Source: Candidatus Eiseniibacteriota bacterium (GTDB lineage Bacteria; Eisenbacteria; RBG-16-71-46). Taken from it: a stretch of DNA of 64,000 nt. The stretch is from NCBI GenBank assembly GCA_963717505.1, contig OY970342.1:160001-224000 (forward strand), given 5' to 3'. This document shows, piece by piece, positions 49,385 to 57,744 of this stretch (the first letter of the stretch is position 1; each line of letters starts with the position of its first letter). The notes under the pieces are model-generated. The model did not search any database, was not told the DNA's origin, and worked only from the letters and a program-made list of their open reading frames with translations. The translations under genes were made by a program, and so were the position numbers.

Positions 49385-50288
49385 GCTTGATCTGCCCCCA
49401 CGTCGTTCGACGAACCGGCGTCGGCGTCGTGTCCATCTGCAGGGATACGCGGGATACAGGGGCGCCGACAGACGGGCCCCCACAGCTCCCGATCCTCTCG
49501 GCGATCGGGATGAACTCCTCGAAGCTCTCGCACCGGGCCGACGCCGGGCGCGTAGTGGACGTAGCCTCGAGTCTCCGACCGTAACGTCCCGACCGAGGTT
49601 GCCGCTGTTGTCCGTAGCATGTGCTGAAGCCATAGTCGACCAGGTAGTCGACACGAACGCAATTCTTGAAGGTCCCAGCGGGAACGGTCACCGGCTCCAC
49701 CGCGACGATCTCGCCGTGTAGGAACACGTCGTCCGCGAGATCGGGAACCAATTGGAGGGTGAACGTGTTCCCTACCGAGACATCCGAGACCAACCACAGC
49801 CAGGCCTGCGTATCACTCTTGTTGCAGCGCCACGCGCCGATGTCGCCGGACGTCTTGAGATAGGCGAGTTCGCCATTGAGAAAGTAACCGTACGAGCCCG
49901 GAGCCCTGGTCTCCGGGCAATCGGCGTCGGACTCAACTTGCAGGATCTTGGTTCTCAGATCGGGGCGGGCGATCCACAGTTGGCGCAGGAACGGATCGGT
50001 CAGGGCCGGCTCACTCGACTCGACGAACGCCGGCCCGCTGATCAGCTCTTGACGCAGGTACTGCGCCTGGATCGCGGTGGGCGCGATCACGGTGCCATCC
50101 AGAAAAATGCGGGTCCGGTTCTCGACCACACTCGGCGTCAAGTCGAAGTCTTCGTACCGCTGAGCGTACGTCCAGCTTAGGCCGTCCTGGTTGGGCCACA
50201 ACTCGTCCATGGTCGGCTGCGCCATCGCGGGAACCGCGATCCATGCAGTGGCGGCGAGTGCGACCCAAACACCAATCCGCTTCGACAT
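49371..50288 (-). CDS. Secreted hypothetical protein with TWGQIKLTYR tail (paralog 1)
   Basis: Signal peptide; 'EPVTVPAGTF..C' motif; close similarity to adjacent gene; three compensating extra bases at about 49530-49616. Confidence 0.8.
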   Translation of the reverse strand: MSKRIGVWVALAATAWIAVPAMAQPTMDELWPNQDGLSWTYAQRYEDFDLTPSVVENRTRIFLDGTVIAPTAIQAQYLRQELISGPAFVESSEPALTDPFLRQLWIARPDLRTKILQVESDADCPETRAPGSYGYFLNGELAYLKTSGDIGAWRCNKSDTQAWLWLVSDVSVGNTFTLQLVPDLADDVFLHGEIVAVEPVTVPAGTFKNCVRVDYLVDYGFSTCYGQQRQPRSGRYGRRLEATSTTRPASARCESFEEFIPIAERIGSCGGPSVGAPVSRVSLQMDTTPTPVRRTTWGQIKLTYR

Positions 50289-50299
50289 TTCGGACGCCC

Positions 50300-51211
50300 C
50301 TAGCGATAGGTGAGCTTGAGCTGACCCCAAGACGCCCGGCGGACCGGCGTCGGCGTGGTATCCATATCCATCGAAACGCGGGTGGAGGGCTCCCCGAGGG
50401 GCGGCCCTCCGCAGTCCCCGATCAGTTCGACGTGCACAATGAACTCCTCGAAGCTCAGTACCGGTCCCACGCCGGGTGCGTAGTGGACATAGCCTCGCGT
50501 CTCGGCACGGAACGTGCCGGTGACATTGCCGCCAATGTCCACGCAGTCGCTGAAGCCATAGTCGACCACGTAGTCGACGCGGACGCAGTCCTTGAAGGTC
50601 CCGGCGGGGACCGTGACCGGCTCCACCGCGGCGATCTCACCGTGCAGGAACACGTTGTCCGTGAGATCAGGAATCAACTGGAGCGTGAACGTATTCCCGA
50701 GTGTGAGGTCCGAGACCAACCACATCCAGGCCTGCGTATCGTTCGCGTTGCAGCGCCACGCGCCAATGTCGTCGGGCGTCTTGAGATACGCCGACTCGCC
50801 TCTGAGGAGGATGCCGTATGCACCCGTCGCACCCCCCTTCGGGCACTCGGCGTCGGCTACCACCTTCATGATCTTGGTGCGCAGATCGGGGCGCGCGACC
50901 CACAGTTGGCGCAGGAACGGATCGCTCAGCGCGGGCTCGGACGTCGTCGCGAAAGCAGCCCCGCCGATCATCTCCTGCCGCAGGTACTGCGCTTGGATCG
51001 CGGTGGGCGCGATCACGGTGCCATCGAGAATGATCCGAACCCGGTTCTCGAGGACCCCGGGCTGCTCGAGGTCTTGCCAACGCTGCGCGTAGGTCCAGCA
51101 CAGGCCGTCCTGGTTGGGCCACAACTCGTCCATGGTCGGCTGCGCCATCGCGGGCGCGGCGACCCAGGCACTGGCGGCGAGTGCCACCCAAGGACCGACG
51201 CGGAACGACAT
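50300..51211 (-). CDS. Secreted hypothetical protein with SWGQLKLTYR tail (paralog 2)
   Basis: Signal peptide; EPVTVPAGTFKDC..YAPGVGPV; tandem paralog of 49371-50288. Confidence 0.82.
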   Translation of the reverse strand: MSFRVGPWVALAASAWVAAPAMAQPTMDELWPNQDGLCWTYAQRWQDLEQPGVLENRVRIILDGTVIAPTAIQAQYLRQEMIGGAAFATTSEPALSDPFLRQLWVARPDLRTKIMKVVADAECPKGGATGAYGILLRGESAYLKTPDDIGAWRCNANDTQAWMWLVSDLTLGNTFTLQLIPDLTDNVFLHGEIAAVEPVTVPAGTFKDCVRVDYVVDYGFSDCVDIGGNVTGTFRAETRGYVHYAPGVGPVLSFEEFIVHVELIGDCGGPPLGEPSTRVSMDMDTTPTPVRRASWGQLKLTYR

Positions 51212-51305
51212 CACCAGTTCTCGTGGCTGAGGGAAGCTGCCTTGGAACCTCAATGAGGCTAGTCCCTGTTGGCACCTGCGTCCAGCCCCAAATGCGGCTC
51301 GAAGG

Positions 51306-52001
51306 TCATGCCTGCCGGTCCACCGCCGCGCGCGCGCGCCGGAACACCGCATGCCACATCGGGCGGGTCAGCCGGCCGGTGTTCGTGTTCTGCCGACTCG
51401 GATGATACGAGCTGAGCAGCGTCGTCCTATCGGGCAACTCCGTCTCCGCGCCGTGGCCGAATTTGGGGCGCTCGCGCGCGGTCAGCCGCTGCTTCCAGCC
51501 CGACGCCGCGAGCCATGCATCGTGGGCGATGGCCCCGAGGGTGACCACGACACGGACGCGGTCGAGTGCCGCGATCTCGCGCTCGAGGTACTCGCGGCAA
51601 CGACCCAGCTCGACCGGCGTCGGCTTGTTGTCGGGCGGCGCGCAGCGCGCCGCTGCCGAGATCCAGCACCCAAGAAGTTTCAGACCATCGTCTCGCGAGG
51701 TCGACTCGGGCTGGCTCGCGAAGCCGAAACGGTGGAGCGCTTCGTAGAGCCAGTCGCCACTCGAGTCCCCGGTGAACATGCGGCCGGTGCGGTTGGCTCC
51801 GTGCGCGGCGGGCGCGAGCCCGACCATCAGCAGGCGGGCGCGCGGGTCGCCGAAACCCGGCACCGGACGGCCCCAGTACGTCCAGTCCCGATAGGCCGGC
51901 CGCCCCGCGGCCGCGACGCGCTCGCAGTGCGCCCGCAGGCGCGGGCAGCGCTCGCAGGCCACGATTTCGCGGGCAATGCGGTCGAGGGACGTGCGAGTCA
52001 C
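51306..52001 (-). CDS. Uracil-DNA glycosylase family 5 (UdgB-like, 4Fe-4S)
   Basis: CERCPRL, GLAPAAHGANRTGRMFTGD, RCAPPDNKP, YHPSRQNT. Confidence 0.92.
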   Translation of the reverse strand: MTRTSLDRIAREIVACERCPRLRAHCERVAAAGRPAYRDWTYWGRPVPGFGDPRARLLMVGLAPAAHGANRTGRMFTGDSSGDWLYEALHRFGFASQPESTSRDDGLKLLGCWISAAARCAPPDNKPTPVELGRCREYLEREIAALDRVRVVVTLGAIAHDAWLAASGWKQRLTARERPKFGHGAETELPDRTTLLSSYHPSRQNTNTGRLTRPMWHAVFRRARAAVDRQA

Positions 52002-52070
52002 GTCGCCCAGACTAGCGTTCCCGCCATCACCCTTGCCACGCCCTCCCGCACTTCCCTACAGTCCCCCGCC

Positions 52071-54050
52071 GTGCTCGAACGATTGCGGGCGGTCCTGATC
52101 GGCGGTCCGAAGAACTTCCTCGACCCCCGCATCCATCACGCGCTGGCCCTGGTCGCCTTCTTCGCCTGGGTCGGTCTCGGCTCCGACGGACTCTCGTCGT
52201 CGTGCTATGGACCCGAGGAGGCGTTTCGCGAGCTGGGTCGCCATCGCCACCTCGCGCTCTACCTGGTCGTTGCGATTGTCGGGACCGTCTTCCTCATTTC
52301 GGCCTCGTACAGCTACATCATCGAGTTGTTCCCGACCGGCGGCGGCGGCTACCTGGTGGCGACCAAGCTGCTGGGACCGACGCCGGGCGTGGTCTCGGGT
52401 GGTGCGCTGGTCGTGGACTACATCCTCACGATCGCGATCTCGGTTGCCTCGGGGTGCGACGCCATCTTCTCTTTCCTGCCGGAGGTCTGGCACGTTTTCA
52501 AGCTCCCGGTCGAGCTGGTGGTCGTCGCCACCCTGAGCAACATGAACGTGCGCGGGGTCAAGGAATCCATCTTCGTCCTGACCCCGATCTTCCTCGGCTT
52601 CATCCTCAGCCACATCGCGCTGATCCTGGTGGGCACCTTCGGGCACGCGACCGCGTTCCCGACGCTGATCCAGGACACCATGATCGACACCCGCGGCGCC
52701 ATCGACGAGATGGGCATGATCGGCGTCGCGCTGGTCTTCCTGCGCGCGTTCTCGCTGGGCGGCGGCACGTTCACGGGCATCGAGGCGGTCAGCAACAGCA
52801 CCGAGATCCTGCGCGAGCCGCGCGCGGTCACCGGGCGACGGACCATGCTCTACATGGCGATCTCGCTGGCGTTCACCGCCGGCGGCATTCTGCTCAGCTA
52901 CCTGATCAACGACGTTCACCACGAGACCGGCAAGACGCTGAACGCCTCGCTGTGGTCGACGTTGACTTCGGGCTGGCAGATCGGCGGCTGGAACATCGGG
53001 CCGGGGGTGGTGGTGTTCACCCTCCTCTCGGAGGGGGCGCTGCTGTTCGTCGCCGCGCAGACCGGGTTCATCGCGGGTCCGCGCACGCTGGCGGCGATGG
53101 CGGTCGACAACTGGGTGCCCAAGCGTTTCAGCCATCTCTCCGAGCGACTGGTCACCCAGAACGGGGTGCTCACCATGGGACTGGCCGCTGCGCTCACTCT
53201 GCTCTATACCGGCGGCTCGGTGCGACTGCTGGTGGTCATGTACTCGATCAACGTGTTCCTGACCTTCACGCTGACCCAGCTCGGCATGGTGCGGCACTGG
53301 ATCAACGTGCGCAGCGAGGTCGTACACTGGCGGCGCCGCCTTACCGTGGCGTTGCTCGGCACCGGCGTGACCGGTGGCATTCTGGTGGTGACCACGGTGG
53401 TCAAGTTCCAGGAAGGCGGCTGGGTGACGTTGCTGGCGACCGGAGGCTTCGTCGGCTTCTGTTTCATCGTTCGCACGCACTATCGGCGCGTGCAGAAGCT
53501 ACTGTCGTCGCTCGACGAGGTGCTGACCAACATCCCGATGCAGGACCCCAAGGAGCAGCCCGAGCTTGACCCCGAAGGCGCGACCGCGATCGTGCTGGTC
53601 GAATCGTATCGTGGGCTCGGGATTCACACGCTGCTCTCGATCCATCGCATGCTGCCGCGGCACTTCAAGAACTTCGTGTTCTGCTCGGTCGGCCTGGTCG
53701 ACTCCGGTCAGTTCAAAGGGGTTCGCGAGCTGGAAGCACTCGAGCAGAAAGTGCGGAAGGATCTCGAGAAATACGTCGCGCTCGCGAATCGAATGGGGTT
53801 CTACGCCGAGTATCGCTTTACCATGGGCACCGACCTGATCCAGGAACTCGAGGGTCTCTGCCTCGATCTGGTCAAGGAATTCCGGAAGCCCGTGGTGTTC
53901 GCCGGCCAGCTCGTGTTCCAGCGTGAGAACCTATTCACGCGTACGCTGCACCACGAGACTGCGTTCTCGATCCAACGCCGGCTGCAGTTCGCCGGCATTC
54001 AGGTCATCATCCTGCCGATCCGCGTCTGGGAAAAGAAGCGGTCGGCGTAA
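52071..54050 (+). CDS. APC-family permease (KimA/YdaO-like)
   Basis: GSDGLSSSCYGPEE, FPTGGGGY, VVDYILT, FTGIEAVSN; about 12 TM helices plus soluble C-domain. Confidence 0.85.
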   Translation: MLERLRAVLIGGPKNFLDPRIHHALALVAFFAWVGLGSDGLSSSCYGPEEAFRELGRHRHLALYLVVAIVGTVFLISASYSYIIELFPTGGGGYLVATKLLGPTPGVVSGGALVVDYILTIAISVASGCDAIFSFLPEVWHVFKLPVELVVVATLSNMNVRGVKESIFVLTPIFLGFILSHIALILVGTFGHATAFPTLIQDTMIDTRGAIDEMGMIGVALVFLRAFSLGGGTFTGIEAVSNSTEILREPRAVTGRRTMLYMAISLAFTAGGILLSYLINDVHHETGKTLNASLWSTLTSGWQIGGWNIGPGVVVFTLLSEGALLFVAAQTGFIAGPRTLAAMAVDNWVPKRFSHLSERLVTQNGVLTMGLAAALTLLYTGGSVRLLVVMYSINVFLTFTLTQLGMVRHWINVRSEVVHWRRRLTVALLGTGVTGGILVVTTVVKFQEGGWVTLLATGGFVGFCFIVRTHYRRVQKLLSSLDEVLTNIPMQDPKEQPELDPEGATAIVLVESYRGLGIHTLLSIHRMLPRHFKNFVFCSVGLVDSGQFKGVRELEALEQKVRKDLEKYVALANRMGFYAEYRFTMGTDLIQELEGLCLDLVKEFRKPVVFAGQLVFQRENLFTRTLHHETAFSIQRRLQFAGIQVIILPIRVWEKKRSA

Positions 54051-54061
54051 CGGAGACACTC

Positions 54062-54840
54062 ATGTACACGATCGATCTCTCCGGCCAACACGCGTTGATC
54101 ATGGGCGTGGCCAACCACCGCAGCCTGTCGTGGGCGATCGCCCAGTATCTGCACCAGGCTGGCGCCAAACTCGCGCTGACCTATCAGGGCGACCGGCTCA
54201 AGTCCATGGTCGAGGAGCTGGCCAAGCCGCTGGTCGACGTCCAGCTCATCGAATGCGACGTCACGCGCGACGACCAGATCGACGCGGTCGCCAAGCGCCT
54301 GGGCGAGACCTGGGGCTCGATCGAAATGCTGGTCCACGGCATCGCGTTCGCGCGCAAGGAGGATCTCGAAGGCGACTTTGCCGCGACGTCGCGCGAGGGC
54401 TTTCAGTTGGCACTCGAGATCAGCGCGTATCTCTCTGTCTGAACGTCACGAACCGATTGCTGCCGTTGCTCGAGAAGAACGGCGCGAGCATCGCGACCCT
54501 GTCCTACCTGGCCGCCGAGCGCGCGGTGCCGAGCTACAACGTGATGGGCAGCGCCAAGGCGGTGCTCGAGCAGATCGTGCGCCAGCTCGCGTTCGAATTC
54601 GGTCCCAAGAACATCCGGGTCAACGCGCTGTCGGCCGGGCCGGTGAGCACGCTGGCCTCGCGCGGCATCCAGGGTTTCGTCGGCATGCTCAAAGGCCACG
54701 CAGAGAAGGCGCCGCTCAAGCGCAACATCACCAAGGAAGAGGTCGGCAAGGCCGGACTGTTCCTGCTCACGGACTTGTCGAGCGGCATCACCGGCGAGAC
54801 GCTGTACGTCGACGCCGGGTATCACATCATGGGCTGGTAG
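54062..54840 (+). CDS. fabI: Enoyl-ACP reductase (frameshift at about 54431-54438)
   Basis: MGVANHRSLSWAIA, ECDV, LVHGIAFA, EISAY; then TLSY..YNVMGSAKA, RVNALSAGPV.TLA, GITGE.LYVDAG. Confidence 0.92.
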
Positions 54841-55056
54841 CCGCCCCAAAGCTCCGTTTTCCGCGCGGCCGCGCCCCCGGTGGGTCGCTCCAGCATCTGG
54901 CCATCTCCTGGCCACCGACGCCCCGCGAATCGAGTCCTCCCTCCACGAAAGCCCGTTCGCCCTCCACCCCCCGAACGTAGGAAGGGTCAGGCACCGTGGG
55001 TGCGGCTTCGGCCGAAGCCGGCCGCCGGTGTTTGGACCGAAAAGGAGGAGAAGGTC

Positions 55057-55260
55057 ATGAGGAAGCTCGTCGTCAAAGCCGTCGCCATCGCTCTGGCCCT
55101 GGCAGCGATTCTGCCGGGGATCAGCGCGGCCAAACTGGCGTCGAATCACAACCGCACCCTGCTCAGGGTGGTCGCCATCGCTCTGGCGCTGGCAGCCATT
55201 CTGCCGGGGATCAGTGCGGCCAAACTGGCGTCGAATCACAACCGGACGCTGCTCGGCTAG
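55057..55260 (+). CDS. 67-aa secreted peptide precursor with two tandem signal-peptide + KLASNHNRTLL cassettes
   Basis: AAGGAGG RBS; MRKLVVKA-VAIALALAAILPGISAAKLASNHNRTLL-RV-VAIALALAAILPGISAAKLASNHNRTLL-G*; copies differ only at synonymous sites. Confidence 0.85.
   Translation: MRKLVVKAVAIALALAAILPGISAAKLASNHNRTLLRVVAIALALAAILPGISAAKLASNHNRTLLG
55081..55260 (+). repeat. 90-bp direct tandem repeat (2 copies)
   Basis: 55081-55170 vs 55171-55260; 5 mismatches in the first 84 nt, all third-codon positions. Confidence 0.95.
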
Positions 55261-55336
55261 TCGCGGGCAGGCCGGCCCGGCGCGGAGTCTTCTGCTCCGC
55301 GCTCGGGCCAGCGATTCCGTCGCGAGAGGCGCATCC

Positions 55337-57649
55337 GTGCGACGCCCGCTGCTCGACCTTCGCGCCCGATGGCTCGGCGCTACAGGGCCCGACCGCGCGC
55401 GGATGGTGTCCCTACCCGCAGCCCTGAACGTAATCATTTGCCTCGTGTCGGCGGCGGTCGCCAGCGCCGACGACCCGGTCTCGCTCCCCCCACTGACCAT
55501 CGCTCGCGCCTCGGGGCCGATCGCCCTGGACGGAGCCCTCGACGATGCCGGCTGGCAGGGCGCAACCCCCATCACCACTTGGTTCGAGACCAACGTCGGC
55601 GACAATGTCGAGCCCCAGGTGCGCAACGTCGCGTTCTTGGCGTACGACTCCCGTTACCTCTATGCGGCGTTCCGGTTCGAGGACCCACGACCCGACGCGA
55701 TTCGCGCACCACTCGGCGATCACGACGCCATGCCGCCCTCGACCGACTACGCCGGCGTGATCGTCAACAGCCTGAACGACGGCAAGACCGCGCAGATGTT
55801 CATGGCCAATCCGCGCGGCGCCCAATACGACGCGCTGAACAGCGATGCCTCGGGCGAGGACAGCGCTCCCGACTTTCTGTGGGACGCGGCGGGCCGCATC
55901 ACCTCGACCGGCTGGTCGTTGGAGATGAGGATCCCGTACGCGTCGTTGCGCTACGCGAACCAGGCGGAACCGACGTGGCAGATCATGCTCCACCGCAACT
56001 ATCCGCGGGATCGGCGCTATCAGTTCTTCACCGCGCGAATCCCACGCGACGCCAACTGCTTCGTGTGCAGCTCGACCCCGTTGGTCGGCCTCGCCGACTT
56101 GCCTCGCGGATCGCACCTGGTGGTGGCACCGTACGTGACCGCGCAAGGAGCCCAAGTTCCCCAGGGCGACCCAGGCAGTCCACTCGAGACCCGGGCCACC
56201 GAGACCGACGGTGGTCTGGACCTCAAGTGGAGCCCGTCGACCAGCGGTGCCATTGATCTCACGATCAACCCCGACTTCTCCCAGGTCGAGTCCGATGCCG
56301 CACAGATCACGGCCAACGAGCGCTCGGCGCTGTTCTTCCCCGAGAAGCGTCCGTTCTTCCTCGAAGGCGTCGACCTGCTGTCCACGCCACTGCCGGTGGT
56401 CTACACGCGCTCGATCACGTCACCGCGCGCCGGCCTTCGCGCCACCGGGAAACGCGGCGGCACGGCGTTCACCGCGCTGGTCACCCACGATCGCGGCGGT
56501 GGGCTCGTGATCCTGCCCGGGCCGCAGGGCTCGGGGTTCGCACTTCAAGACTTCCCCTCCGACGTCGGCATCCTGCGGGTTCGTCACGACCTCGGGAGCT
56601 CGTTCGTGAGCCTGCTCGCCACCGGGCGCATGCTCGACCAGGGCGGCAGTAATCTGGTGGTCGGCCCGGACGCCCAGTGGCGACCGAGTGATTCCGACGC
56701 GCTCACAGCCCAGGCGTTGTGGAGCCAGAGCCAGACGCCGAACCTGCCCGAGCTGGCCGCCGAATGGGACGGCCGCGTCTTGAACGACCATGCGCTCTTT
56801 CTCGATTGGTCGCATACCACCGAACGGGTCGACTGGGTACTCGAGACCCTCGACATTGGCTCCGATTTTCGCGCCGACAACGGCTTCATGCCGCAGGTCG
56901 GATATCGCGAGGCGTATCTCGACGCCGGCTACACGCTGCGCCCCGATCAGGCGTTCGCCTCGCGGATTCGCTTCTTCACCGAGGACTACTACGACGTCGA
57001 GCCCGACGGGCGCCCGCTCAACCAGCATCTGTCTCTGGGGTCCGAGATGGACGGTCTGTGGAACAGCCTCACGCGCTTCGAGGTCAATCTCGAGAACGTC
57101 CGCGTCGGCGAGGCCTGGCTCCAGCGCTTCCGCCCGCGCGTGTTATTCCAGGCCAGCCCGGGTCGGATCCTGAACCAGTTCACGCTCGATACACGCTTCG
57201 GCCAGGAGATCGACTTCGACAACGCACGCGAAGGCGACGGAATCAACGTCGTGGCCAGCGTAACCGTGCGTCCGAACGCGCACCTCGAGGTCCAGGGCAA
57301 CAGCGATCTCAGGACCTTGAACGCCGCGTTGCCGGGCGGCCCCCGCATGCGGGTGTTCACGGCGGGGGTCGGACGCGTTCGTGCAACCTGGTCGTTCACC
57401 GCGCGTGCGTTCGTGCGAGTGGTCGGCCAGTACGTCGAGACCCGCCGCGACCCGACGATGTACACCTTCGAGGTCCCGTCTCGCGAGGCGGAACTCACCG
57501 GCTCGGCACTCGCCGCCTACAAGGTCAACTGGCAGACTGTGTTCTACCTCGGCTACGGGGACGCGACGACCTGGGCCGTGTCGCGGGCCGATTGGGCGCC
57601 CGGAGCCCGGGAAGTGTTCGCCAAGGTGTCGTACGCGTGGCAGGAGTAG
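55337..57649 (+). CDS. CBM9-like / DUF5916 outer-membrane protein
   Basis: IALDGALDDAGW..AYDSRYLYAAF N-domain; GLDLKW..DLTINPDFSQVESD..FFPEKRPFFLEG..YTRSI; beta-strand C-terminus FAKVSYAW. Start may be ATG 55403. Confidence 0.87.
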   Translation: MRRPLLDLRARWLGATGPDRARMVSLPAALNVIICLVSAAVASADDPVSLPPLTIARASGPIALDGALDDAGWQGATPITTWFETNVGDNVEPQVRNVAFLAYDSRYLYAAFRFEDPRPDAIRAPLGDHDAMPPSTDYAGVIVNSLNDGKTAQMFMANPRGAQYDALNSDASGEDSAPDFLWDAAGRITSTGWSLEMRIPYASLRYANQAEPTWQIMLHRNYPRDRRYQFFTARIPRDANCFVCSSTPLVGLADLPRGSHLVVAPYVTAQGAQVPQGDPGSPLETRATETDGGLDLKWSPSTSGAIDLTINPDFSQVESDAAQITANERSALFFPEKRPFFLEGVDLLSTPLPVVYTRSITSPRAGLRATGKRGGTAFTALVTHDRGGGLVILPGPQGSGFALQDFPSDVGILRVRHDLGSSFVSLLATGRMLDQGGSNLVVGPDAQWRPSDSDALTAQALWSQSQTPNLPELAAEWDGRVLNDHALFLDWSHTTERVDWVLETLDIGSDFRADNGFMPQVGYREAYLDAGYTLRPDQAFASRIRFFTEDYYDVEPDGRPLNQHLSLGSEMDGLWNSLTRFEVNLENVRVGEAWLQRFRPRVLFQASPGRILNQFTLDTRFGQEIDFDNAREGDGINVVASVTVRPNAHLEVQGNSDLRTLNAALPGGPRMRVFTAGVGRVRATWSFTARAFVRVVGQYVETRRDPTMYTFEVPSREAELTGSALAAYKVNWQTVFYLGYGDATTWAVSRADWAPGAREVFAKVSYAWQE

Positions 57650-57744
57650 TATTGATCCCGAAGCGCTGATAGACCAAGGCGTTGGGGGTGAAGTCTCGTG
57701 TTCGCCGCGTCACGTGCCCGACCCGCCCGCCGCCGAGGCTCCCC

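Noticed and set aside
49371-51211. Diversity-generating retroelement TR/VR pair
   Set aside because: Both copies are full genes, differences are not confined to adenines, and there is no reverse transcriptase in the window
55081-55260. Repeat as CRISPR array or assembly duplication
   Set aside because: Two adjacent 90-bp units with no spacers and no cas genes; differences are all synonymous, which fits a coding repeat
55057-55260. Classical RiPP precursor
   Set aside because: Leader looks like a Sec signal, and no radical SAM, YcaO, LanM or similar enzyme or peptidase-ABC exporter is adjacent
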